From the human T2T-CHM13v2.0 reference genome, Homo sapiens, in NCBI RefSeq assembly GCF_009914755.1, contig NC_060932.1: 64,000 bases of DNA; one strand, given 5' to 3'. Position numbers and translations under genes: made by a program. Below are positions 27,632 through 41,212 of this stretch, piece by piece. A model generated the notes under the pieces. It was not told where the DNA came from and searched no databases. It worked only from the letters and a program-made list of their open reading frames with translations. The stretch's first letter is position 1. Each line of letters begins with the position of its first letter.

Positions 27632-28926
27632 TGAGGGGACTTCATAAAGTTCATGGAAAAATGAAACTAAGAGATAAAAATAAAAATGTAAACTTTTTTC
27701 TCAACATACACACTATCAAGTTCAAGACATTTTTGTAAGCGATGATGCCAGCTGTTTAGTCCATCCCTAAAGAACTGAGGGTCCTGGGAATTAAACCATG
27801 TCAATGTGGATTTTTAGATTATTAACTAAAGAAAATAGGTGATTCTTATAGATTTGCTTTAAGATTAGGAAGCAAAAGAATTCAGAAGGACTTTGGCTAA
27901 ATCAGGACTGTAAGGTAGCTGCCTAATATTTCTCACAGAAATGCTTGTAAAATTGTCCTTGTTTGATGAGAGGAATGAGCAGGAGCATTGCCATGGTGGA
28001 GAAGGACTCTGGTGAAGCTTTCTGGGTGTTTTACTGCTAAAACTTTGGCTAACTTTCTCAAAACACTCTCATAATAAGCAAGTGTTGCCATTCTTTGGCC
28101 CTCTGGAAAGTCAACCAGCAAAATGCTTTGAGCGTCCCAAAAAACTGTTGCCATGACCTTTGCTCTTGACTGGTCCTTTTGCTTTCGCTGGACCACATCT
28201 ACCTCTTGGTAGCATTGCTTTGATTGTGCTTTGCCTTCAAGATTGTACTAGTAAAGCCGTGGTTCATTTACTGTTATAACTTTTCAAATAAATGTTTAAG
28301 AATGTTGACACCACTTGTTTAACATTTCCATTGGAAAGTCTGCTCTTGTCTGCAGCTGATCTGGGTACAACAGTTGGTTTTGACTCTCATTAAGTGGAAA
28401 GTTTAATTTAAATGTTTCAGTCAGAATTGTGTAAGCTGAACCAGTTGAGATGTCTCTGGTGTTGGCTATTGTTTCTACTGTTAATCATCAGTCATCTTCA
28501 GTTAAGGCATGAACAGGATGATTTTTTTCCTCAAAAATTGAAGTGGATGGTTTGCTGAGAGCAACCATTCACTTCAACAACAATTAATCCCTTTTTAAAA
28601 CAAGGTACCCATTTGTAAACTGCTGATTTCTTTGGGGAATTGATCCCATAAACTTTTCATAAAGCCGCAGTGATTTTACCATTCTCCCACCAAAACTTCA
28701 CCATAAACTTGATGTTTGTTCTGGTTAGATTTTAGCAGAAATCATGTTGCTGTCATAGGGGCTGTTTTCAAACTGATTATTATCCTTCTTAGTGTCTCAA
28801 ATGAGATCCTGTTCAGATATGTTATAATGAGCTAGTACAAGTTTATTTTGGTGCAAAATAATTTTGAAATCCTTGCGTAATTTTTTCAAAATATTCATTT
28901 CCCATGAACTTTTTGAAGAATCCTTA
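27632..28926 (-). mobile_element. Hsmar2 mariner DNA transposon, near full length (~1295 bp), inactive
   Basis: TIRs TGAGGGGACTTCATAAAGTTCATGGAAAA and CATTTCCCATGAACTTTTTGAAGAATCCTTA; TA target; ORF 27933-28196 KVMATVFWDA...LLHHGNAPAH. Confidence 0.93.
27690..28745 (-). pseudogene. Hsmar2 transposase relic
   Basis: ATG at 28745; stops and frameshifts; ends ...YVEK. Confidence 0.85.
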
Positions 28927-29809
28927 CACACCCAGAAGTGGAATTGCTGGATCATATGGTAGTTGTATTTTTAATTTTTTGAAGAATCTCCATACAGCTT
29001 TTTGTGTAACTACTGGCTATTTGTATGTCTTCTTCAGAAAAATGTCTAGTTAGACCTTTTGCTCATTTTAAAATTAGTTTTTTTTGTTTTTTTGCTATTG
29101 AGTTGTATGAATTCCTTATATATTTTGAGTATTAACTCTTGTCAGATATATGGTCTGCAAATACTTTCTCCCATTAAGTTGCTTTAACTCTGTTATTTAT
29201 TTATTTTTAGTTTATTTTTTTATTTTTTATTTTTTTGCTGTGCAGAAGCTTTTTAGTTTGATGGAATCCCACTTGTCTATTTTTGCTGTGTTGCCTGTGC
29301 TTTGGTGTCATGGCCAAAAAAATCTTTGCCAAGACCAATGTCAAGAAGCTTTTCTCCTATGTTTTCTTCTAGCAGTTTCATAGTTTCAGGTCTTACATTT
29401 AAGTCTTTTATACCTTTTGAGTTGACTTTTGTGTGCGGTATAAGATAAAGGTCCATTTTCATTCTTTGGCATGTGAATGTCCAGTTTCTCCAACACCATT
29501 TATTGAAGAAACGATCCTTTCTCCATTGTGTGTTCCTGACATCCTTGTTGAAGATCAGTTGACCATAAATGTGTGGATTTATTTCTTGGCTCTCTTTTCT
29601 GTTCCATTGGTCTATATGTGTTTCTATGTAGTTGGGTGCTTTTAAAAATAATATTTTGCTGGTTAATACTGCAAGCTGTCTTCAGTGAGTTTTCATGTTT
29701 ACATCATTTTTCTAAAATTCTAAAGCTTTATGGACTATGCACTTTGATTATTTCTTTAAAGCATCCAGAATGGTGCCATATATACAATAGGAACAGGCGA
29801 TTTTTGAGT

Positions 29810-30040
29810 GAGTCTATGTTCTAAGCACTGTATTTAGATATTTTACTAATATTATCTCATTTAATACTCTCAACAAGCACACAATGTACGTATTTATTCT
29901 TTCATTTAATAAGTATTTATGAAATGCCCACTACTATTCACCCATGATATTCCCACTTCTGTGAGCACTGGTATAATTACTTCCATTTTACAGATGAGAA
30001 AACAGACTAGGAAACATTTATTTAACCCTGCTAAAGTTAC
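29810..30040 (-). mobile_element. MIR (resumes at 30532-30600)
   Basis: CCATTTTACAGATGAGAAAACAGAC core. Confidence 0.75.
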
Positions 30041-30531
30041 TGTTGTAGGTCTTTGCTAAGATGTCTACATCTTAATTTCCAGAACCTATGAATATGTTAA
30101 CTTACATGGAAAAAAGGATTTTGATGATGTGATTAAGGTTAAGGATCTTAAAATGGAGAGATTAGCCTGGCTTATCCATGTGGCCCCAATCTAATCACAT
30201 GAGTCCTTAAAAGTGAAAAACTTTTCCAGCTGTGGTTATAGAGAGATGTGAAGAGAGGAGGAGGTCAGAAATATGCAACATTGCTGGCTTTGAAAATAGA
30301 CGAAGAGGGCCATAAGCCAATCAATGTGGTTGTCCCTAGAGGCTGAAAAAGTCCTGGAAACAGCTTGTCCTCTAGGGTTTCCAGAGATGAATGCAGCCCC
30401 GTGGACACCTTGGATTTAGCTCAGACACATGAATTACATTTCTGACTTACAGAACTTTAATATAATAAATTTGTGTTGCTTTAAGCTACTAAGTGTGAAA
30501 TTTGTTATGGTAGCAATAGAAAATGAATGTA
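30041..30531 (+). mobile_element. MLT1D-type MaLR LTR inserted in MIR
   Basis: GATGTGATTAAGGTTAAGGATCTT...AATAAATTTGTGTTGCTTTAAGC; perfect TSD GTTAC (30036-30040, 30532-30536). Confidence 0.9.
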
Positions 30532-30869
30532 GTTACATAGATAGTCTTATAGCCAGGATTTCATTACCAGGTCTCTCTGACTCAAAAAATGCACTTATTT
30601 TATTATGTACTAATAAATATCATTACAGCCAATGAAATGCCTTTCATCCTCCTCTTTTTTTTTTTGACTGAACAGGCTCTATTTCCTCTTCTCCTCATAA
30701 TAACTGCTGATATTGTTTTGAATATTTACCCCTTATTGGATATGGTAGAATTGTTAACTAAGGGACCTCACTTTCTTCTGAACAAGGAGTGGGCATGCCA
30801 CACAAACCAGGTCAATTATAGATTTTTTCCTGAGATTTTGAATCTTGGCTGGCATATCAGTTAAAATGC

Positions 30870-31715
30870 CATTTATATGGCAGCAAATTAGATGTCCATA
30901 GAACCCTTTTCTGATAAAAATTTATGATGGATATATGGAAAAAACATTTTTGCATGTCTATGCTGTCAGGAAAGTAAAAGATTTAATCTGAAGCAAGAAA
31001 TCAGGAGAAAGATGAATTGAAATGGCTGAGCCAGCATTGGAGCTTGCACTTGCTGTAGGTTATTTGTTCATTCTGGGTGGTCTAGAATGTGTGTTTAGTA
31101 ACCATATCTGTGGAAAACAAAAGGAAAAGGTCAGGATCAGGGTATGAAGTCTGATTGGAGACTCCTTCTTTGCCCATAGCACAGTGTTTCCAGAAGTGGC
31201 AGTGTTAGTTGACAAAACAGAAAAACAAAACTCACTTCATCTAGGGAGATAGTGGGTATGTATAAATATATCTTTTTTAGCTTTGGCTCTAGGCAAGCTA
31301 GAAAAAGAAAAATCCCCTGGGAGCATGAGGCTGGAATTCACACTATATGTATGATCCCAAAAGCTCTAAGTTGAAAATGTAGTTTAAAGTGGTCCCAGGT
31401 TATTGGCGTTTAATGCACCTGTAAGAAATAAACACAAATTCTGCTTGAAGAAATTTATCATCAGCCTAGACCTCAAAGAATTTCCACAAAAGGGGTGCCA
31501 AGGAACATAAATTTATGATAAAAACAATAAATAGGGAACAAATCCTTGTATCAGCAAAACAGAAGACCACAGAAACAGACATGCAATGATTGTGGATATT
31601 ACAATCATAAAATAACTGTGTTTAATATGTTTATGAAATTAAAAGATTGTATGGAAGTATAATGTGAGAAACAATGCTATCAAACTTGACCAGGTAGATT
31701 AGAAAATAAATACAA
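30870..31715 (+). mobile_element. Old L1ME 5' region
   Basis: GAATTCACACTA...TTTAAAGTGGTCCCAGGTT...CACAAATTCTGCTTGAAG. Confidence 0.6.
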
Positions 31716-31719
31716 CTTA

Positions 31720-32620
<901 letters not shown>

Positions 32621-33404
32621 AGAAAAATCAGGCTTGATGGGGTTAAACAAATAAAATAGAACTAAAATCCTGGGCAACAGTTGAGAAGGTGATGAGTGGA
32701 GTAAAAAAGGTTCTAAGGTTCTGGTCTTGTTTCATATTAATTAACTTTGGACTTTGTAAATCTAATCAATAATACTAAAATCTCCAGAGCAACTAATAGA
32801 AATGTGGTGAAATAATTACAAAAGAAGTATAGAGAAAAAATAAAACAAGGATAAAGGGTATTAAAGCCCTCAGTCTATCCAAAAGAAAGCAAGAAGGAGT
32901 TGTGGAAAACAAGGCAAATAGAAAGTAAAAAATAAGATGGGCTATTTGTAATTACGAGTAATATAAATGAAACTCTTAAAAGACAAAAACTCTTAAGCTT
33001 GATAGAAACATCTAAAGCTGGTTTGTCTACTATCTATGAAAAACATAGCCAAAACATAAAGACACAGATTGTAGGTCAAATATGGAAAAAGGTAATAAAT
33101 ACCATTTAAATATTATCCCTCTGCCAAAGCTGGCATGACTGTATTAATGTCTGACAAAGTAAAATATTAAGGCATAAATCATTTCTAGAGACGAAGAGAA
33201 TCACCATTGATAAAAGTTTGAAATAATCAGGAAGTTTTAACATTCTAATCTTGAATGTTCCTATTAACATAGTTTTGAAATATATAAAATAAAAATTTAC
33301 ACGAAATAAGGAGAAATAAAAAAAATCTTAGAGAGGTTTTCACATACTCTCTTTGTAAATGTTAAGATAAGCAGACAATCAGTAAGAGAATAGATCTGAA
33401 CCAC

Positions 33405-33770
33405 ATAATTGCTACAAATTTTTAAATTTCAATGGCTTAAAACATTCTAGGTTTATTTCTTGTTTAAATAAATAGCTTAACACAAGTGTTCCTAATTGGT
33501 AAGAGAGTGTATAGGTGGTATGTAGGGCTTCTGTGCACTGTGGCCATTTAGGGGCCCAGGAAAACAGATGGTCACAATATACAATTTCCAAGATCATGCT
33601 GAGTATCAAACACTAGCTGGTAGACAGGGGAAGAAAGCATGAAAGATCACATGGGGAGTTTATATGACATAGGCTGAAGGCGGCTTTTTTCACTTCCATC
33701 CATATTCATTTTCCGGAACTCCAACATACGGCTACACCTAACTACAAGAAAGGCTGAGAAATAGCCCATC
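33405..33770 (-). mobile_element. Old MaLR LTR (MLT1J/K-like) inside L1ME
   Basis: TTCAATGGCTTAAAACA...GTTTATTTCTTG...CACCTAACTACAAGAAAGGCTGAGAAAT. Confidence 0.6.
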
Positions 33771-34457
33771 TAAATACATGATCAATATTTTAAAAATGGA
33801 ATCCCATTTTATGTAGAGTATTAAGAGTTAGAAAATTCAGTGAAAATGTTGGTATCATTTACAACAGCAACAAGAATGTAAAATGCCAGGAACAATTCTA
33901 ACGACAGATGTGCAATTTTGTTGGAAGAATTATGGAAGACCCGAATCAATCAATATATTATGTTCATGGATAGGTAGAGTCAGTATCATAAAGATGTCAG
34001 TTTTCCCCTAATTGACCTATAGATTCAAAGCAACTAAGTCAAAATCCTAATCGGAATTTTGTGGAATTTGACAAGCTGACTTTAAAGTTTGTATGAAAGA
34101 GCAAAGATTGATGAATAGTCAAGATGCTCCTTGAGAAGATGAAGCATGTGGCAATGGAGGTGGTGAACTGGTCTACCAGAGAGCAAGAATTAGTATACAG
34201 CTACACTGATGAAAATGGTGTGGTATTGGTATAGGATATAGAACAGATAGATGGGGCAGAATAAAAGTCCAGAGACAGAACCAAGTGTATTTGAAAACCT
34301 GATGTATGGCAGAGCTATTCAATAAATGCTGCTGGGAGACTTAACTGTAGGAAAAAAGCAATGAGGATTCCTATATACTGCCATATACAAAGATCAGTCC
34401 CAGACAGAGCAAAGACATAACTGTGAAAAACAAATACTTAAAATGTTTAGAAGAAAA

Positions 34458-34603
34458 TATAGGAGAATATCTCCATGATCCCAGAGCAGGAAAGGGCTTT
34501 TTAAAGCAATATATAAAAAGAACAGCATTTATTTTTTTTTCTTTTTATATATTGCTTTAAAAAATCCTTTTCCTGCTCTGGGATCATGGAGAATTCTTCT
34601 ATA
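34458..34603. repeat. Inverted repeat with ~65-bp arms and a 16-bp spacer
   Basis: 34458-34522 is the reverse complement of 34539-34603 with 3 mismatches and two 1-bp indels. Confidence 0.95.
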
Positions 34604-36036
34604 ACCGTGTTAATTAACCATGTTAAAACAAAGAATCTCTGTCCATCTAAAGATACGTAATGCAGATGAAAATATAAGTAATCAATTGGAAGAAGAGAAT
34701 TGATACATAACTATTTTTTAATATTTATAAAATATAGATATTATCTATGATTCAGTAAGAAAAGATAAATGATCTGGTAGAAAATTGGGTAAAAGACCTA
34801 TACAGACATTTTACAGAAGTATAAATATAGACATATGAAAAAATTGTAATCTTTTGAGATAGTTAAACCAATAGTTAGAACTCAGGAGAAAGTAAGACTT
34901 TAAGACTTTAACTTTCTTTTCTTAAATAAGTTGATTTTTTTCACTCTTGTATGGCATCATCCTTTCATTCTTTTTTATTAGCCATCTTCATCTTTCTCAT
35001 CCGATGCTTATTATGACAGGCTGATAAGTACAATGTAATTTTGAATGTCTCAAGTGGGTTTGCTGCCTTACTTAGAGTAGAGTGCTGCTTCAGAAACTAT
35101 TTGGGTCAATTTCCTAATGTTTGCCTTTATCTCAATTGAATGAGTCATGCTTGTCAGTTCAACAAAGAAAAAAGAAGAAATTGATCAGTTTTCTTTGTTT
35201 AAAAAAGCATTAGGTTTGTAATTGCACATCTTGAGCTATCTGATCTTTAACAATAGAAAGGGTGACTTAGGTTAAGAGAATTATTTGGCTTAGTCAATTG
35301 ATTCATGCCTCTGGCCTTTAATACACCCAGTTATGTTATTATTCCAGGAAACTAGTTTTCTGTGCTACCATTTGTCATTTTCTATATGTGAGTAATCAGT
35401 TCACTTCTTCCAAGTACTTGAAGTTTTGACACAAACCTAACACCATGAAAGCCAGTTAAGTTTTATTGTTAAGGGAAAAAAATCCTGACCTAGCAATGAG
35501 AAAATAATGTTTTCATATTTGCTTACTGGAAGAGTTCAAGTTTGCTGGAGTGCCACCTCTTATTTGTTGAAAAGTCCTGGATTAGAGGAAACCCCTGCCC
35601 TCCAGAGATATTCATTAGCCCCAAAGAGTAAAGGTGTGTGTTTTTACCTCCATGCTCAAGGGGAGTACTGTGAATGTTTAGTTATTTTGAAGGAGAAAGT
35701 ACAATGAGATCACAGAGAAGTTCTAGAAAGAAGAAAAACATTGTAAGGCAAGACCTATAGTCAAAAATCAGAATAGGCTGATTTTCTTTTGTTTTACGTA
35801 ATGTGATTTCTGCTATTCACAAGTTCTCTTTCTAGCTCTTTTTTTTTTTTCTGATTCACCATTCATTTTTCAACACATTTATTGAGCATTAATTGCATGC
35901 CAAATCTCTCCTGGGTATTTGTGATGCATGCTTTAGCAAAACCAACAAAAATCCCTGTCTTCATGGAGCTTGCATTGAAATGGAGGAAGGCCAATGATAA
36001 GCAATAAGTGTAATCAATAAGTGAATTAAATGGTAT

Positions 36037-36096
36037 GTTGGGAATTGATAAGTATTGTCAAGGAAAGTTGGGAATTGGTAAGTATTGTCAAGGAAA
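36037..36096 (+). repeat. 30-bp tandem duplication (29/30 identical)
   Basis: GTTGGGAATTG(A/G)TAAGTATTGTCAAGGAAA x2. Confidence 0.95.
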
Positions 36097-36660
36097 AGAA
36101 CAGAGCAGGATGAGGGACACTGAATTGTTGACATGGGGTGGTTGTAATCTTGAATGTGGTTTTCAGAAAAGACCTCCATAGGATGGTGACATCTGAGCAG
36201 AAATTAAGGAAGGGAAAGGAGCATGTCAGGCTGACCTCTGTAAAGAGAGCTCTAGACAGAGGGCATAGCCAGTACGAAGGCCCCAGGGCAGGAGCATTCC
36301 TGGGGCACTTGGGGGACAGCAGAGAGACCTGAGTGGCTGGAGTGAAATGAGCATGGGAAAAAGTAACAGGACAGGAATTCTGAGAGTTAATGGCAAGGAG
36401 TGGAGGGAAGGCCAAGGGTAGGGGAAAGGCAGGCTCTTGGAACTTTGTACACCATCAGAATAACATTAGCTTTTTGCTCTCCCTTCAGTGGGCACCTATG
36501 GTGAGATAGACCGCTAGGGAGCAAGTAAGGAAGAAGAGAGACCAGTTAGGATGCTATTGTGTCAAAAAGGTGAGAACTATGATTAACTTTGGCCATGTGT
36601 GAATGGTGGAAGGGATTGCATTTCTTGACAGACTGAATGTAAAATTTAAGAGAAAGATGG

Positions 36661-37038
<378 letters not shown>

Positions 37039-37537
37039 TTAGAAGTAGGGGAGGACCAAAAGTTTGGTTTTGGATATTTTAAACTTGTGATATCTATGGG
37101 AAATTTATATGGAGTTGAAATGTGGGCTGGAGTTATAAGTTTGAGAGCTGACACCTACTGATTGCATTTACAGTTGTGAGTCTAGTTGAGATGGCCTAGG
37201 GAGTGATTAAAGATAGAAAAGAGGCTCTGAAGTGCCTGGGGTGTACCAGGGTTAGGGAGATCAGGGTGAAGAAGGGCAACTAGCTGAAGAGAAAGAGACT
37301 GAGAGGCCAAGGAATTAGGGCAAAACCCAAGAGAATGTGGGGATCTGGTAGCCTAGAGCAGAAAGTGTGCTAGGAGGAAGAACTCAATTGTATTAGACGC
37401 TGCTGAGAAGTCAAGTACAAAAGGGACTGATAAGTTAATAGGGTAGCTAAAAAGAAAAAAAAGGGGGACTGAGAATTGGCCATTGGATTTAGCAGGGTGG
37501 TGAGTTCTGGTGACCTTTATACAGAAAAGTGGTTTCA

Positions 37538-38002
37538 TTTGCATGTTCATTGCAGTACTATTTACAATAACAAAGACATGGAATCAACCTAAATGCCTGT
37601 CAACAGTAGACTGGATAAAGAAAATGTGGTATGATATACACCATGGAATATTATGCAGCCATGAAAAAGAACAAGATCATGTTCTTTGCAGCAACATGGA
37701 TGGAGCTGAAGGCCATTATCCTAAGCAAACTAACACAGGAACAGAAAACCAAATACCATGTGTTCTCACTTGTAAGTAGGAGCTAAACAAAGAGAACACA
37801 TGGATATGTGTAGGGGAACGACAGACACTGGGGCCTACTTGAGGGTGGAGGGTGGGAGGAGGGAGAGGATCAGAAAATATACCTATCGGGTACTATGCTT
37901 ATTACCCAGGTGACAAAATTATCTGTACACCAAATCCCATGACATGAGTTTACCTATATAACAAACCTGCACATGTACCCCTGAAACAAACAAACAAAAA
38001 AG
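37538..38002 (+). mobile_element. L1 3' end (L1PA15/16-like)
   Basis: ATGTTCATTGCAGTACTATTTACAATA...CACATGTACCCCTGAA. Confidence 0.9.
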
Positions 38003-40269
38003 ATTTTAAAAAGTAGGTTGAAGAGAGTGGGGAGAAGAGGGCTTAGAGACAGTGAAACGGCATATGCAGAAAACTCTTTTGAAGAATTTTGCAAGGAAAT
38101 ATGGCTGTGCCTGGCAGGGGAAGGATTTTGATCTATTTTTGTTTGCTTGTTATTAAGAGGAGAGAAATAAGCAGGCAAAAAGAATAATCCAACAGACAGG
38201 GAAAATTTGATGATGCCGGAGAGAGTTTTTAATGCCTGCTTCAGTTTGCTTTTCTATCTCAAATTTCACTCTCTATTTCCTCAGGTCATTTGTCCTTAAA
38301 ATGCATTTGTTTCTCAGCCCACTTGACGGGATCTTCATCAATAAGCATCTCTGTTCATAATAGAGCAAAAATGATTAAAAATGTAAAAAAAGGAATCTGT
38401 GGGAAACTGATGGCAGGTAGTGGATGAAACAATTCAGATTTTAATAATCAAACTTTAATTAAACATAAAAGCCCAATTTTTGGAGGTTTAGGGAGTTTGT
38501 ATGTTACAATACAATTCTAGAATGAAAGCATGGGAATAACTAGGTTATTTTCCCATCCAATGATCTAGGGAGGTTTGGAAGGGCCTGGAAGAGTTTACTT
38601 TCTTTGGCCAAATGTAGAACAGTAATTTGCTGTAGTGTAGAATTCACCTGCCAGTGTTGGTGATTTCTGTGGTCATTAGTTACCAGACACTATAGATAGG
38701 ATTGACTGTCTTTGGGAAATGCCAGAAAGTGGAGACAGAAATGCCTAAGAAATTGTGATGCAGTCCCTGCTTTGTAGCCTCTTCTGTGACCTTCAACAAA
38801 TCATTTAACCTTCATGCTGAATAATCTATCAAGTTTACTCTTAGATTTGAGCTATCCAAGCTTTCATATCCCTGTTGTTTGATTTCCCATATTAATGGTG
38901 CATGACTCTCTGCTTTCCTTAGGACAGCATGGCCTTATCATGATGGCAGGATTTTAGGCATAGTATCTCTAGTGTTTGGGTCATCTGATAAAATGTAAAA
39001 ATAAACTTCACAGATACTTTAAGAGCCTTTCGCATGGGTATAGGGATTTGCTGTCTTTTCTGTTCCTCTCCTCATAAGGAAAATGAAAAAAAAAATAAGT
39101 GGAGAACTCAACTATGAAAAAGTGGCAATTCAGTGACTATGCATGTAAGAGGTATTTTGGTGCCTAAAACTAAATCTCAATTTCCATACCAATTTACTTT
39201 TAAACACCTTAAAGTTTTGGAATCTCAAAGTCTCCGAGAATTAGCCATTTTCTGGTCCTATTTACTGCAGAAGTAAGGCTTGCATTCTTTAGCTTGAGGT
39301 TTGAAAGTGCGGATTACAGAATACAAAGAATATGAAGAAATAAGAGTAACTCATGCTAAGTGAACTATTGCTAACATTATTTTTGGGAAAATAAGTTTAA
39401 TGGAGCAATATCTATTCCTCAGTGATTATTTTACTGTGCAGGTATGCTGGGAATGTGGGGACCTTTAATAACCTTCATTGCTTACTAATTCAGATGCTTA
39501 TCATTTGATACCAGCAAAATCACTAGAAAGCCCAGCAGCATAGCCATAAAACCTTTGATTTACATTACTGGAGCTATCTAAAGTGAAATCGCTTTTCCTT
39601 TGTGGGCTGGTATTGAGAAAGAGACCTCATCATTGGTAGGAAAGAGATTTGAGCTTTGTCATTCGCAAAGTGGATCAATTTTCATTTATTAATAATATCT
39701 CATTATGTGGTACTTAAGTGGAGGATAAATAATTCTTTTTTGTATCATGGGTATTCTATGACACTTTAAAGTGCTTTTGTTAAGTGCTTTCTCATTTAGT
39801 TAGAGAAGAGTAAAGTAGCTGCTGAAGAATCCTCATTTTAAGACTTGAGTATAAATTATTCTTCCCCTGTAGCTTTTCTGGGCATATGCTCAGAGAAAAG
39901 CGGGTGGTTAAGGAAAAATGCAATTATGTTTTCTTTCCTTGGCTAGGAAGCACCAGTATGAAAATTTTCTCACAGCCTAATTTTTAAAAAACAAAAAGGC
40001 TTTGTGGCAAGGTAATTGATTAAGAGGGAAAGTACTGAGGATGATGACCTTTCTACAGTGACAGAGAGTGATGAAATTGGTTCAAAGTAAAAAAAAAAAA
40101 GAAAAGAAAAAACAAATATAGAGATTCATTAGATAGTCTAAGGTTGCCATGGAAGGTAACTTTTTCTTTTCCTAATGATTACAAAATTTCTTCGCAACTT
40201 TTTGAAATTGTTTGGTTCACTTATTGGTAGTATGATTACTAAGTTCTACGAAAACTTGAAGATAGAAGG

Positions 40270-40619
40270 TGCCACGGACCAAATGTTTATGTTCCCCCCA
40301 GATTCATACATTGAAACCTAATCTCCAATGTGATAGTATTAGGAGGTAGGGCTTTTGAGAGGTTATTAGGTTGTGGAGGTGGAGCCCTCATGAATAAGGA
40401 GCCCTTATAAAAGGGTCCTGAGAGAGGCTCCTTGCCCTTCTCCCAAGTGAAGATACAGCCATCTATAAACTGGGAAGCCAACCCTCACCAATTGCTGAAT
40501 CTGCTGGTGCCTTGATCTTGGACTTCCCAGCCTCCAGAACTGTGAGAAATAAGTTTCTGTTCTTTATACATTTCTCAGTCTGTGGTATTATGTTATAGCA
40601 GCCTGAATGGATTAAGATA
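40270..40619 (+). mobile_element. MLT1A0-type MaLR LTR
   Basis: CTTGATCTTGGACTTCCCAGCCTCCAGAACTGTGAGAAATAA; perfect TSD GAAGG (40265-40269, 40620-40624). Confidence 0.92.
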
Positions 40620-40973
40620 GAAGGAAGAACAAAATGCTCCATTGTGGTTTCTCCCAGCCCAGTGATCTTGTTTAGAATACCAGCCCTGGTAGACAGTATA
40701 CCTAACTTTGTAGAAAGATAGAATAATGGATAGTGAGAGAACAACCTGCGTTTAATCTTTAGATTACCTAGCTTGTGAGGAATGGGCTTTCCTTTCTGTT
40801 GCCCCATATGACTCTAGAGTTTTAAAATTCTAGGTCGAGGGTGGCAACTTGGAGTGAATATTGGTGTCTGTCTACACTGGGAAGGATTCTGAAGTCATAA
40901 CAATTTCAGTGGGAAGACGGTCCTTGGTTGATTAGTAATTTCAAGGGGAAAAGTCCACCAGTCAGATTCTAGA

Positions 40974-41212
40974 TGGAGGTTGTCAAACTTTTTCTGTAAA
41001 AGGCCAGATAGTAAGCATTTTAGGCTTTGCTGGTCATACAGTCATTGTTGCAACTACTCAGCATGACCATTGTAGTGTGAAAGCACACATATATATTATA
41101 ATAATACTCTCATTTGAAAACAAAATTAGTGACTGTGCTCCAATAAAGCTTTATTTACAACAACAGGCAGCAGGCTGGATTTAGCCCATGGGCTGTAGTG
41201 TGCCAACCTCTG
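40974..41212 (+). mobile_element. MER58A
   Basis: CAAACTTTTTCTGTAAAAGGCCAGATAGTAA...GGGCTGTAGTGTGCCAACCTCTG. Confidence 0.88.

Larger units (their letters stand above)
26925..29630 (-). mobile_element. L1MA (MA8/9-like) 3' portion, split by Hsmar2
   Basis: AGCTTTATCGAGGTATGATTGACAA start; GGATATA|...|CACCCAGAAGTGG continuity across the insertion. Confidence 0.88.
32640..34860 (+). mobile_element. Old L1ME ORF2 fragments
   Basis: AAAGCTGGCATGACTGTATTAATGTCTGACAAAGTA; TGTTCATGGATAGG; GTGTGGTATTGG; AGAAGAAAATATAGGAGAATAT. Confidence 0.8.

Noticed and set aside
36026-36415. 129-aa ORF with an internal repeat
   Set aside because: Read through the L2 3' region and the 30-bp tandem duplication; non-ATG start.
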